Source: Callorhinchus milii
Taxonomy: Eukaryota
Reading direction: 5' to 3'
DNA: 64,000 bases
Assembly (NCBI RefSeq): GCF_018977255.1
Contig: NW_024704742.1
Location: 54,562,001 to 54,626,000, forward strand
The position numbers and the translations under genes were made by a program. The notes under the pieces were generated by a model. The model was not told the DNA's origin and did no database searches. It saw only the letters and a program-made list of their open reading frames with translations. Shown here piece by piece: positions 24,831 through 37,116 of this stretch (position 1 is its first letter; every line of letters begins with the position of its first letter).

Positions 24831-25148
24831 CAAAGCTTTACAGAGGTGACTTTAGTTTAGAAAACAATTACAGTGCACAGACTTAGTCTGTGATGATTGA
24901 AATGAATGTGTTCACAGGATTCCTCAATATTCTTTTCTGGAAAATATCACAGTTAAAAATCAAATCAAGCTGAGGTAGAGGCAAGATAACTGCTAGAATG
25001 TATGTTCATGTGACTGAAACTAGAGAATCAAATTATAGTCATGAAATTACATACAAAGATTATGGAAAACTAGAAATCATTAGAGAATGCAACAGGGTGG
25101 GGGAAAAAAATATTTTCAATTTAATTGCTTGTAAATAATTAACTTTAA

Positions 25149-25855
25149 CGTCAGCCTGGCTCAGTTGGCAGCACCCTCACCTATGAGTCAGAAGGTTGTG
25201 GGTTCAAGAGGTGGACTGAAGATTTTGAACTCACATTTTAGGCTGACACTCAACTGCAACACTGGGAACACACATACTTCAGATGAGATGTGGAGCCCTG
25301 TAGCTTAGAGGTTAGAGCACTCATCTCACAAGCGAGAGGACCTGGGTTCGATTCCCAGACAAGGTAAAATGTTGGGCAAGTTTCCTTACTCCACGTGCCT
25401 CTGTTTACATATCAGTAAGTAGAAACCTGGTTTTTAGTTGATCGGGGAATCGATTTTCCAGGGGTGATAATTCCTTCAAAAAAAATGTGGTCACTCAATT
25501 CACGCGTAATTGACTGCAGTGTTTCGCCCACAAAATATATAGTCAATTCACTTTACAATATATTCTGTGAAGAGCTTTGAGACGTCTCAAACATGTGATA
25601 AGGTGCTATATCAAATGCAAGGATTAAGTTTTATTATTATTATAAACTTTAAATTACCTGTTTAGGTTAACATTAAAGATCCTCTAGTACTATTTGAAAA
25701 AAGAGGGGAGATTCCTTTCATTCACTTCATGACTGTTTGTAAGATATTGTGATTGTCCAGAAAATACAGTCACTACAGTTTACGGTAAATCATGTGAAGC
25801 ACTTTGAAACGTCCTCCTGGTGTGAAATGCGCTGCTTCAAATGCAAAGATTATAA
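25149..25855 (+). mobile_element. Old DeuSINE (SacSINE1-like) split by a younger SINE
   Basis: Head GTCAGCCTGGCTCAGTTGG..GAGTCAGAAGGTTGTGGGTTCAAG; body resumes after 25642. Confidence 0.8.
25290..25642 (+). mobile_element. tRNA-Ala-derived SINE, long form, nested
   Basis: Intact B box GGTTCGATTCC; tail (ATT)n. Confidence 0.92.
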
Positions 25856-26704
25856 TCAGAACATTGTTTATATTTTTCACCTGCTAAAAAATTACTGGAC
25901 GATTGAATTGAAATAAATTGGGAGACATGAAATGAAAGCTGAGCAACCAAAAAATCTCTGCTGATAAAATGACTGTGAATCAGAATCAACAGATATATCA
26001 TGTTTCGCTTATATTTTATAATGAAGACCTGCTTCTTTCTTTGTATTGTGAATGCAGCTTGCCACTTTACAGTAGAGCTAAGACCTGTAAGAGGATGCTT
26101 CCTAGAAAAATCATAAAATGTAACTTAAATTGCATGAGTGAGTTACAGTGGTGAAACCGAATCAACACTTTATGACTCCCCAGAAAGTATTATTTTGTAT
26201 CCCACTGTATTCACCGTATTGTTCCTTTCAGTGAAAGACTACAATATATGTTGAAAACATTAAGCTCTAAAAGTGGTTCAATTACCCTATGACATTACTT
26301 GCTGTGACATGAACGCTGTTGTACAAGAGTTGATAAATGGGAGGATTTCATTTCCACCCAGGTATTCTAACAAGTAATAATGGGTGCACAAGTGGAATTT
26401 AGGTAACATATAAAATGGATCAGATGGAAGTTTCAAATGATAAGATCATTCTTTAGCTGATGAGTGAGATGAAAAGAACCAGCTGCGGTACACTTTGCTG
26501 CAGTTACACAGCAGGTATTGATATCGGAGTAAACTGTAATGCAATGATTTCTACTAGGGCACTGCTCTGTACCGAGTCACTGCCGTGTACTTTGGCAATA
26601 GCTGTACTTATGCAATCTGCCTTTGTGAATGCAATGTAACAGGGCTGATGGTCTGTGCTCTGGTATCAATTCTTTTAGTGTTCAATTCTGGTGCTTGCTG
26701 AGAA

Positions 26705-27117
26705 AATGCGTCCAGGGCACTGCTGATGACTGTAGCCTGCATGGCTCTTCAGCAGGGGCAGGCTGTTTTCTGTGGTCGGGACTCAGCAACTGTTAACCCT
26801 GCAAGTCAAAACCAAAAAAGGAGAGGATGAACATACAATTGGAAGCTTGCAAGTTTTGGATTTTAGCTGGTTAAACTCCAGCAGAACCTCAATGCACACT
26901 GTGGGGCCCCCAAACCTTGATGCTTGTCAATTTGTACCTAATATACTCCGGAATTAGATAAGCAGGGTGCATCCTTCAGGGGAGAGAGTAAAAAAATTGA
27001 TTCCATTCCATTCCATGTGTAGGTAGCTTCATGGTACTCAGTCTTTTTTGGATATTCATAAGCATGGTGATGGGTTTCCAGATATGTCAAACATCCAGCC
27101 AGCAGACCAAAATAACT
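26705..27117 (+). mobile_element. RTEX-like LINE 3' fragment (copy 3 of 5)
   Basis: CCAGGGCACTGCTGATGAC, TTCCATGTGTAGGT and GATGGGTTTCC are reverse complements of motifs in 3160-3600 and 51755-52210. Confidence 0.7.
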
Positions 27118-28609
27118 AGTGTTCTGTTAGATAGAGTTGATATTCTCTGTCATAAAGCTGTTTCCAATATATGAGTATCTTGGGGTCTTGGTTCCAGAGT
27201 GGAGCCGTCTACTTTATACCAAGTGAGCAGAAATGTCAGGGATCTGTTGCGAATCTGCTGCGCTGGGAGTTCTTTACACAATCTCAGTCTGGTTTGACAT
27301 GGGTCAGATGACAGGTAAAGATTCTTGTACACTGCTACAACATTGCTCTTTAACCTTCACTTAAGAAGAGCACCTTCTACTGCATAGTAGTTTCCAATGC
27401 AACCCTCAGGGCTATGTCTGAGACACGCAGTCCTCCTATTGCCTAATTGTGCATGAGGAACATCAATCCGCAGTTTGGGTGATGGTATATTTACTGATCA
27501 TTGAGCTATATTTATCCTGGCTGAGAGTCTTTCTTTTTTAGGGAAACATTGGTGGCATAACTACGATGTAGCTGGAGGCAAATATAAAAGGCATTCTTTG
27601 AAACCAGTTCTGGTGGTTGCTGACAAAATGTAAATGATCTGGAGGCTTTGTGTTGGGTGCCAATGAACCAGCTGATTGCTGATGGCATTAGCAGTGTTCA
27701 TGCCTGGCACAAACAGTTAAATGGCGCCCAATGTCACTGATACAATTTGAACCTTGTTTTTGATGCGAGGAAATTACAGATGTTAGCTTTTTTTTGCCAT
27801 TTCCAAATTTCACATTATCCTTTACTAGGTTAACATATCAGCAGATTTCCTTTTGCACAAAGCTCTCCCTAGTTGTGAATCCTGTCCACCAGCCATCTGG
27901 CACCATTAAGGGACACAGCATGGCTAATGTTAGCTACATAATGAAAATTCATTAGATGTAGATTCTGTTTAACCTGTTATTGGCTATGGAATTCACTTAC
28001 TCCCTTGTGTCATTATCATTCCTCTTGGTATCATGGAAACCAGCATTGCCAGAGTTGCTAATGATGCTATGGAGCACATCTGTGATATCACATCACACAA
28101 AGCCATCAGGAGATATTGCTGATTATGCACAACTAAGGAAGGAACTCTGTCCTTAAATTCATATTGTAGTTTTGCCAATGCATATCCATTTCCAAATCCT
28201 GTGGTTCGATACAAGAAGGAAAACTAGTGATCTACAATGATGTGAAAAGAAATGAGACGTTGGGTGATTCTCAAGTCATTGTAGATTTAATGGACTTTGG
28301 CAGACGAGAACATTACAGCTCCATAAATTAACAGATTTGAGTGACCTTAGTTTATCATCAAAACTCACTGGAACTCACTGGAAGCTTGAAATACAACCAT
28401 ACTGTTTGTGAAACAGAACCAGTAGTTCCTATGATGTATTTGTTTTGGTGCAAAATTATATCAAATTGTTCAAGAAAGTAGAGAAATAATGTCTAGAAGA
28501 ACAAATGTTCAGTTTTAGAGGCAACAATGCAGAATTTGTTTGGAAAGCAGTGGTGGGAATTCAAAGCAAACATCTTCATTCTTTTTGGAGGGAATAGTTT
28601 TGCTTGTAA

Positions 28610-29030
28610 ATAATAATCATTACATTTGGTATAGCACCTATCACGTTATTGAGATGTCTCAAAAATGCTTCACTGGATATACTGTGATGTGTAGTGACAA
28701 GATTTGTAGACAAATATAGCAGCCAATTTTCACAATGTCCGAGAATTTTCACAATGTCCCATGAGGTGAATGACCATTATTTGGGGAAATGTTGACCAGG
28801 ACACTAGGAGCAATTAACTTTCCTTTCGAATAGTACTGTACGATCTTTACCACTCACTTGAAACAGGCCGATAAAGTCTCACTTTAACATCTCACCTGAA
28901 AGATGACACCTCAAACAATGTATCAAACCCCAAGCACTGCATTGGAGGTTTCAAAGTCCTGATGTGGGGCTTGAACCCACAACCTGCTGACTCAGAGGTG
29001 GGAGTGCTACCAATTGAGCCAGACTGACAC
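28610..29030 (-). mobile_element. Old DeuSINE (SacSINE1-like), near full length
   Basis: Head ends GAGCCAGACTGACAC; core and tail present; internal 20-bp tandem duplication near 28725-28760. Confidence 0.88.
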
Positions 29031-29147
29031 CTCTTACATTAGCAATGATCAGATGTTCAGAGGTAAGAAGGAGAGATGGAGTGATTGCTTGGAGGAAGAT
29101 GGAAATGTTTCTTTATTTCGCATGTTCTAATAACCAGTTCAAAGAAA

Positions 29148-29400
29148 CACAGGAGGCCTGAATTTCCAACAATTCTTAGCTTGTACCATGACTTTGTCTT
29201 AAAATTTAAGAATGCACAGAATTGTGAAAAGTTCTTAAATTCACTCTCAAATTGGATGCCATTTCCAGCATTTCTTAATAAAAATCAACATCCAAACTAA
29301 GAATGAATTTAAGAATTTTCCCCCAATTCTGCCTAATCTTAAATTCTAAGTCAAAATGTTCTTGCAGGATAATACTTGATGAAATTTTGCGCCTCCAGTG
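29148..29400. mobile_element. Foldback MITE-like element
   Basis: Imperfect inverted arms of about 110 bp (29148-29258 and 29289-29400). Confidence 0.75.
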
Positions 29401-29486
29401 AGATGTAGGTCTTGTCTTAGTCTATCATGGTGCATAGCTCAGCAGCGCTATAAGAGGGAGCTTTATCCTCAAATATTTATTTTTAT

Positions 29487-29735
29487 AGGAATATATAGGT
29501 ACATAGCAACAGGAGTAAGCTATTCAGCTCCTCTAGCCTGTTGCGCCAATGTATAAAATCATGGCTGACCTGTACCTCAACTCCAATATTCCTTGATACC
29601 CTGACCTAACAAATATCTATCCACCTCAGTCTTGAAAATTTGAATGGATCCAGTCTTCACAGCTTTTTGGGAGAGAAAGTTCCAGATTTCCACAACCTTT
29701 GTGTGACAAAATGCCTCCTGATTTCACTCCTAAAT
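29487..29735 (-). mobile_element. CR1 3' end
   Basis: CATAG-type tail, AACAGGAGTAAGCTATTCAGC, TTCCAGATTTCCACAACC. Confidence 0.85.
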
Positions 29736-29784
29736 AGATAACCTATCATTGTTGACACCTATTTGGTTATTTTGATGCAGGTGC

Positions 29785-30240
29785 TCCTTTCACGTTGCTT
29801 CTTATCATCTCACCAGTTCTGGCCAGGCTCCACTGGTTCCCCATCACTGAACAGATTGACTTCAGGATCTTCACATTCGTGTTCAAATCCCTTCACTCCC
29901 TGGCACCTCCCTACCTCTCCGACCTCCTCACTCTGCAATCCACCACCCAGCGCCTCGCTTGACTGGCACCGGCCTCCTGCTTGTCCCTCACATTCCCTGC
30001 TCCACCATTGGAGGTCACGCATTCAGCCACCATGCCCCCAAACTGTGGAACACTCTCCCTCAGTCCCCCTGCCTTGCCGCCTCTCTCCCCTTTTTCTAGT
30101 CCCACCTGAAAACCTTCCTGTTTGATCAATCTTACGGTCACCTAAACCCCTCCCCCCAGTTTGGAGTCAGCCACTGTTAAGCGCTCTGAAACGCTACCCT
30201 GCATGGTAGGTGCTATATAAGTGCAAGTTGTGGTTGTTGT
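29785..30240 (+). mobile_element. L2 3' end (same subfamily as 57905-59260)
   Basis: TCTCACCAGTTCTGGCCAGGCTCCACTGG; tail (TTG)n. Confidence 0.9.
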
Positions 30241-30298
30241 TCTGATTATTGAATCCAGCAATTTTCAATCATTAAGATTAGACTAATGAGGTTTTTAA

Positions 30299-30433
30299 GC
30301 TGTGCGCAATTGGCTGCTGGATTTCGCCCACAAATATATGGTCAATTTACTTTACAGTATATTCTCTGAAGCGCTTTGAGATGCCTAGAAGACGTGAAAA
30401 GCGCTATATCAAATGCAAGGATTATTATTATTA
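30299..30433 (+). mobile_element. 5'-truncated SINE
   Basis: GCTGTGCGCAATTGGCTG through (ATT)n; absent from duplication copy B. Confidence 0.92.
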
Positions 30434-30640
30434 TAAGTACTGAAATTGTGAAGAGCATTTAATAATAACAATAATCCTTGCATTTGGAAAACAGTAGTGC
30501 CTTTTCACATTGTTGAATGTTTCAAAGTGATTCACAGGATTTTTTCGACTGCAGAGTGTAGTGACTGTGTATTTTTGTAGAGTATCTTGAGGACATACAT
30601 GAAATGTCTCCTTCCAGAAATCCTAAGTACATCCATAGGC

Positions 30641-30937
30641 CTCAGGTGTGCTCCATATCTCCTATCGGTGGCCGGGCTTTCAGTCTCTCTGGCCCCACAC
30701 TCTGGAACTCCATCCCATGGTCCCTTCGCCTCGCTTCCTCCCTTGTCTCCTTCAACACCAGTCTCAAGACCCTTCTCTTTGATCATGCCTTCAGTCGCCC
30801 TCCCACCTCTCTGCCTTCCCTCAAACCTACCCCACCCTTCCCCCATGCTCGGGTCCCGACCCCTGACTGTTCAGCGCTTTGGGACGTCCTCCCGACATGA
30901 AAGGCGCTCTATAAATATAATTTTGTTGTTGTTGTTG
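30641..30937 (+). mobile_element. 5'-truncated L2 tail
   Basis: TSD TAGGC at 30636-30640 and 30938-30942; absent from copy B. Confidence 0.93.
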
Positions 30938-31569
30938 TAGGCTGCAAGTGAAAATATTCTTTGGTGGGGGAGTCTGATTAAAACTCAGTTAAAGGGTCAG
31001 TCCCCTCTAATGCAGATGAGCCGATGGCTTGACCAACAGGTCTATCAACCAATCAAAGGTGAGGAAGCAGCCCAACAAACCAAAAGGTGCCGCAGAGAAA
31101 TTGGCAGAAGGGCAAGAGGGTACCCTGGGTTGGGGCCTCTCGGAGAGCTGTGGTTCCCCTCAAGGCTCAATGCTTTCCCCTTCCCAGCTTTCCTTAAAGA
31201 GATGAGCTATAGATAGTTTTTCGAGGGCTGATCCACCACTAGCCCAAGCCACCTGCTGCCTATGTATACATCAGATCCAACCCACTAGAACTGTGCTCTG
31301 AGGTGTTCTCTGATCTGAGTAGATTTTTCTTAACATGGCTCAACATACATTGCATTCCTGCAGGACATGGCCTTTATGTCCTGATACGTTTATCCAGGCC
31401 ATTTACATGACAGTTCTCCAATTGCTAAACCCTATGTTTTCCAACCAATAATGCCTGTACCCACTTTGACTGGTTTCAACCTCCTGCTGGTTATTTGGCA
31501 CCAGAGTCCAGTGAAGGGAGCAGTGAATATTTTCACAGCAATAGTTAAATGGGACCATTTATTCCTCCA

Positions 31570-32042
31570 AATTGAGATTAGGCTAAATAGGCTTTTAAAA
31601 AGTACTCAAATTGAAAAATGTCACTGTGAAAAGCATTTAATAATAATAATAATCCTTACATCTGGTGTAATAGTGCCTTATCACATTGTTGAATGTTTCA
31701 AAGTGATTAACAAGATTTTTTCTACTGTGGAGGGTTGTGACTGTATATTTTAGGGCATTTGAAGGACATACACAAAATGTCTCCTATCAGGAATCCTATG
31801 TATAGGGTGACCAAAAAGTTGTGATACCCTTACAATGTCTAATAAATTTTAAAGAAATGATGATATTTATTTTTTTTGATAATAGAGTGGTTATCACAAC
31901 TTTTTGGTCACCCTATACATTCATAGGCGGTGGGTGAAAATATTATTTGGCGGTGGTTGCTGATTAAACCGCAGTTAAAGGGTCGGTCCCTTCAAAGACA
32001 GATGAGCTGATAGCTTGACTGACTGGTCGGTCGACCACTAAA
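31570..32042 (+). repeat. Local duplication, copy B (contains MITE)
   Basis: Colinear with 30270-31056. Confidence 0.85.
31803..31915. mobile_element. 113-bp MITE, Tc1/mariner-type
   Basis: Perfect 24-bp TIR TAGGGTGACCAAAAAGTTGTGATA; TA on both sides; single TA at the paralogous empty site 30628-30629. Confidence 0.9.
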
Positions 32043-33456
32043 TACATAGGGGACAGTTCAAACAGAAGTAGTTTTTTACGAGCACACTGCATTACATTAC
32101 TCACAAGAACAATTTGGATGTGGAACAAAATCTAAGTTCCGGATCAAAATCTAACATGAAAAGTACAACGAATAAACAGACTGGAAAATTGCAACGTGTC
32201 AAGCTAAAATTGAAAACCTTTTATTTTTTCACTTGTTTACATGTTGAGAAGAATGCAATTAATGTACTATATTTGAATGTATTCCCAATGAGGGTTTCAC
32301 TTTGATAAATAGCATCTTGCTTTGCGTTCAGCCAATGAGTTTAATTCAATCAAGGAGACAATTGAATTGAAGTGAGTTAATCTTGATACAGATCAATTTC
32401 AGTTTTGGCATGTACACAGGTGCTTGCGAATCTGTTGACTGACGTACAAATGACAGTGTCATCAAGATGCTACTTTTATATGCATTCCTTTGTACGGTAA
32501 TAAACCTCAAAGTGACTGCATGGTGCCATATTGACAACTTATCAACTTGTCATAATTTACTAAATCCTGAGGCACTTATTTTTAAATTATAGTCATAAAT
32601 TGAGAGAACAAGTTGTGCATACAAATGGTGGTTCTTACATTAAACTCTTATTGTATGTGCAATCAGAAGTGGCGTTTGTACAATAACTGTAAAATTCCCA
32701 CTTGCCGCTGCAGTAATTGTTTCATTTTCTATTCCTATGCAGTGCATCTTTTATGTGTGGCAAAATAAATCAGGTTTGAAAATTGCTTCTGTTGCATTAA
32801 AACTACTAATTTCTGAAGAAAAGTCTTGCCCTCCATCCAGCTATTCAGCACTTTCATCAGCCTCTTGAATTTTAACTATGGGAGAGATTTATTCATTTAT
32901 CTCTGGCCATTAGAATGGTTTTCCAACTTCAGATTTTTAGTTTTAGAGTTTGGGCAAAAAAAGTGTGAGATTTGCATGCTGCTTTTCAAATTGACTGGAG
33001 AGTGAAACTGTGAAACTCCAACAGCTGTTAAGTATAGGGCAAAACCATCACCAAGTTCTGCATTTTGTGATAATTAACACTATTGATAATTATTACAGCA
33101 CATACCTCTAATTTCTTCTCACAGAATTATAGAATCTTACGGCATAGAAATAGTTTATTTTGTACATCAAGTCTATATTGGTGATTTTTTTTCACGAGTC
33201 ACCTAATCTAATCCCATGCTTCTGTTGCTAAATAGTCTTTCTTTTCAATCATCTATCTAATTCCCTTCTAAAATAATTGATGGATTCTACCCCAATAATA
33301 GGATTGTTTATTAGGAAATCCCAATAAGAAATAACAATAATATCAAATAGTGGAAACTATGAATTCTGTACATCTATGCTTTAACTCTCTTTGTTTCCTG
33401 GATCCTATCTTCCTCAATGGAAAAAGGAACCAAATCCTATAGAACCATAGAAATAA

Positions 33457-33889
33457 TGTCAGCGTCAATCAGATGGTAGCACTCTTGCCTCCGAGTCGGA
33501 AGGCTGTGAGTTCAAGGCCCTGAGTTGGAAGGCTGTGGGTTCAATCCCCAAGTTGAGACTTGGAACCCATGCACTCTAAGCTGACACTCCAATGCAGTGC
33601 TGGGGGTGTATTGCATTGTAGGAGATGTCAACCAAGGTCTTGTCTGCCTGTTGAACATCTAATGGAACTATTGGAGAAGAAAAGGCAATTTCTCCTGGTG
33701 TATTGGCCAAATACATTTTATTCCACAAATGAAATCAGTCCATGGTTGTTTGTGAGACATTGATATGTGCAAATTGGCTGCTAAGTTTCACCAACAAAAA
33801 AAAATCACTCCACTTTATTGTTTACCCTGTGAAGGACTTTGAGATGAAAACATGATAAGGCACTATATCAAAAGCAAGGATTATTATTA
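33457..33889 (+). mobile_element. Old DeuSINE (SacSINE1-like) with duplicated B-box segment
   Basis: GAGT.GGAAGGCTGTG.GTTCAA present twice; core and tail follow. Confidence 0.85.
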
Positions 33890-33919
33890 ATACTACTAAT
33901 AAATGTATGACTTAGCAGG

Positions 33920-34070
33920 AGGTCATCAATTGCATTTACGAGAGAGGAAGGAACAGAGGATTATGAGGGAAGGCTATGAAGGGTTATTAGGATGGTTAGA
34001 GGCTCATGTGGAGTGAAAACACCAACATGGACTAGTTGAGCCGAATGGCTGATTTTGGGGCAGTATACGA
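33920..34070 (+). mobile_element. CR1 3' tail remnant
   Basis: GGCTCATGTGGAG...ACACCAACATGGACTAGTTGAGCCGAATGGC. Confidence 0.7.
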
Positions 34071-34699
34071 TATGCAAGGATTATTATTATATGTAATTTG
34101 ATGCAATGGTTCACAACACTAGCCATTGGTGATTTTGGTTAAAATGTTGGAAATTAAAACTGCACAACTCCTTCAATGCTCTGCTAGATATTTTCTGGTA
34201 CAACTGTTCAGGGCTCACATTTAATGTGATTTCTCATATTAGAGAGATTTTACAAGATTTTAGTTACTTCTCTCTAAAACAATCCAGCAGCATTAACACA
34301 AAGCAAATCATGGTGACTGGTGATCTCACTAAGGAAGGAGTATGTGTGTTGGTGATGAATTTTAATTTGTGTGTAACACAAAAAACAATTTTATGAATAG
34401 TTTTTGCCCTAAGAAATTTAGCATTAAACCTTTTATTTTGCAAAATGCTGTTGGTCAACCTACGCAATTTTATATAATGGAATTTTTCTTCATTAAATGT
34501 AAATGCTGATTTAGGTGATTATGTAAAACCAATCTTTGTACAGCACTTTCATTCTGAAACTAATAACACATTTATGCTGACAGCACTACTTTGTTTTATC
34601 ATTTTTATGGGAAATTTATATCAAACAGATTGCAGTGGTAAATTGCTATTCAAAACATTGCTAATTCTAAATGGGCATTTACGTATATATCACACGGGA

Positions 34700-34771
34700 A
34701 GAACGTGGGGGACATCCTCCCGACGTGAAAGGCACTCTATGAATGCAATTTTGTTGTTGGTGCTGTTGTTG
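34700..34771 (+). mobile_element. L2 tail remnant
   Basis: GGGACATCCTCCCGACGTGAAAGGCACT...(TTG)n. Confidence 0.85.
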
Positions 34772-34809
34772 ATGTGCCAAGGCGCTGGACAATCTAAGAT
34801 TTGCACCTG

Positions 34810-35065
34810 AGCTGGGGGTAGAGAGGTGAAGAGGGTGGGGAAAGATTGCCAAAAGTGCAGTCAAGGAGGAAGGTCGAGGCTGAGCTTGAAGGAGATGAAG
34901 GAAGAGGCGAGCCAAAGGGACTCTGGGATGGAGTTTTAGAGGATGGGGGCAAATATGCTGTGGTCAGGGCCGTGAAATAGAGCAGAGCTAGCATTTTATA
35001 GGTTTTGGGGTGGGAAGGGTGGGACAAGATCATGAAGAGATTTAAAGGGAAGGGTGAGGATCTTA
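34810..35065 (-). mobile_element. Old L2 3' fragment
   Basis: TTGAAGGAG...GAGGCGAGCCAAAGGGACT..GGGATGGAGTT. Confidence 0.6.
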
Positions 35066-35099
35066 TATTATTTATTCTTTTATTTTTGTACTTATTTTT

Positions 35100-35240
35100 C
35101 TGCACAATTGGCTGCCGTGTTTCACCCACAAAAATATACAGGCAATTCACTTTACAGTATATTCTGTGAAGCGCTTTGAGATGTCTCGACAACATGATAA
35201 GGTGCTATATCAAATGCAAAGATTATTATTTATTATTATT
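35100..35240 (+). mobile_element. SINE 3' fragment
   Basis: Core end and tail. Confidence 0.9.
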
Positions 35241-35311
35241 ACTAAAAGCATTTGAAATTGTATTTTGGCCACCAAAGTTTTAATTGATCAACTATTCCAT
35301 GGGTTGGGAGG

Positions 35312-36297
35312 ATGGCGGAGACAAAGTTAGAGACAAAATGGTGTGAGGCAGCTATAAACAAGGCAAACGGGATGCTGAGTTATATTGCTAAATCGGTTGA
35401 GTTTAGATCCCCAGATGTCATTCTCAGGCTGTACAGTGCTCTGATTAAACCACACTTTGAATACTGTATACAGCTCTGGTCACCGCAACAAAAGGGGGCT
35501 ATCCAGGCTCTATAGAGAGTGCAGGGAAGAGCAACAAGAATGATGCCCAGTGTAAGAGGAATGAGCTATGAGCAACAATTGGACAAGTTAGGGCTCTTCA
35601 ATCTTGAAGGAAGACAGCACAGTGGGGACCACATAGTATTAATAATAATAATCCTTGCATTTGATATAGCACCTTATCACAAAGCATCTCAAAGTGCTTC
35701 ACAGAATATATTGTAAGATGAATTGACTGTATATTGTGTGGGTGAAACGCGGCAGCCAATTGCGCACAGCAGTGTCCCACAAACAGTCGTGGATTGAGTG
35801 ACCATAAAGCTCCACTTTGAGGACATCAGCAAGATTTGAAAACTCAAATCTTGACAGCAAAATAACAGGGATGGAATTTTCAACCATTTTCCTAGCAACA
35901 TTTACAGTAGTGTTTTGTCCAATGGAGCTCTTGCTATGCAACAGTGGAAGCCATTTTCCATCAGTGGACAAGCCATCAGCCATTCTCTCTGGAACTCCAT
36001 CATCAAGTCCCTTAGCTTTGGTTGCTTCTCTCTCTGGCTTCAAACCCACCTTAACAAGAGCACACAGATTTAGAGTTGCTAAGGGCAATTTCAGGACAGA
36101 CACCAGGTTGTTTTCTTTAAATGAGTCCAGTGTGCTGGTCTCATCCACCTTTCCTGACAATGTGTTCCAGTCATTAATTACCCCAGAGGATAATTAAAGG
36201 AAACAGCTTGATGTTGTGCAAGAAAGACAGTAAGGTAGGTATTCTGAAAGGATGAGATCAAATGAACCAAAAAGCTTTCTTCATCCAATCAATCTTG
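35312..36297 (+). mobile_element. CR1 3' part, interrupted and internally rearranged
   Basis: KANGMLSYI...LYSALIKPHFEYCIQLWSP; RATRMMP; 3' end matches 62667-63075. Confidence 0.88.
35641..35803 (-). mobile_element. SINE 3' half inserted in CR1
   Basis: (AAT)n CCTTGCATTTG...CCCACAAACAGTCG. Confidence 0.92.
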
Positions 36298-36479
36298 AAG
36301 AGCGACAAATTGGGATCACTCAATGCGCTTCAGATACTTATCTCTCAGTTTGAAATCCGTGGTTGGTCTCTTCTGGGGGGACATAACGACTACTGGATTG
36401 ATTTTACAATTAAAATTCTCCAGTTCTCTTTAGTAAATTATATATGTCTATGTGGAGAAGACTATAGCTTGAATTTATA

Positions 36480-36725
36480 GAAAGTTATTTTACTTTGCAA
36501 GAACCTCTTGTCCCAGAGGGTTGTAAGGTTATGAAATAATTTGCTAGTAGTGACTGATAGAGCAGAGTTGGTCGGTGCATCTAAAAAGAGAATTGGACAA
36601 GACCATGCAGATAGATGATAGTAAGGGCCTGAGGTTAGAGCAGGGAATTGGGAATGGCTTCTCAGAGGAGCAAACACCAACATAAAATTAATGGGCCAAA
36701 TGTTGTACATTTCTATGGTGCATAG
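36480..36725 (+). mobile_element. Old CR1 3' end
   Basis: CAGAGGGTTGTAAGGTTATGAAAT...GGGCCAAATG...TTCTATG. Confidence 0.55.
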
Positions 36726-37116
36726 GATATCAATTGAGTTAAGTTGTAATTTTAATTTCATTAAACCCTAATGTCTGTACTTAAGAACAGTAAAAATGAA
36801 TTCAAACAAAATATTCTCCAAACATTGTGGTTTACCATGTCCCATTTCTAATTTCAGTTCAACAACGCTTCTTGTTGGTCTCAGGAGAAAAATCTTGAAT
36901 TGAGTTTTCCCTGTGAGGAAGTTAAATGGATTCTCTTGGGTACTTAATGGGTTCTGAGTATATATATGCAACAAAGCCAGGTATATCCACAGGCATTATA
37001 ACATTAATAATAAAATCCTTGCATTTGATAAAGCACCTTATCAGGTCTTTGAGATGTCTCAAAGTGCCTTGTGCTTAACCATCAATATTATAACTGATGT
37101 TTCTTCTCTTGGCTGC

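Larger units (their letters stand above)
30270..31056 (+). repeat. Local duplication, copy A (contains SINE-tail and L2-tail insertions)
   Basis: Colinear with 31570-32042 once the insertions are removed, including unique non-TE sequence. Confidence 0.85.
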
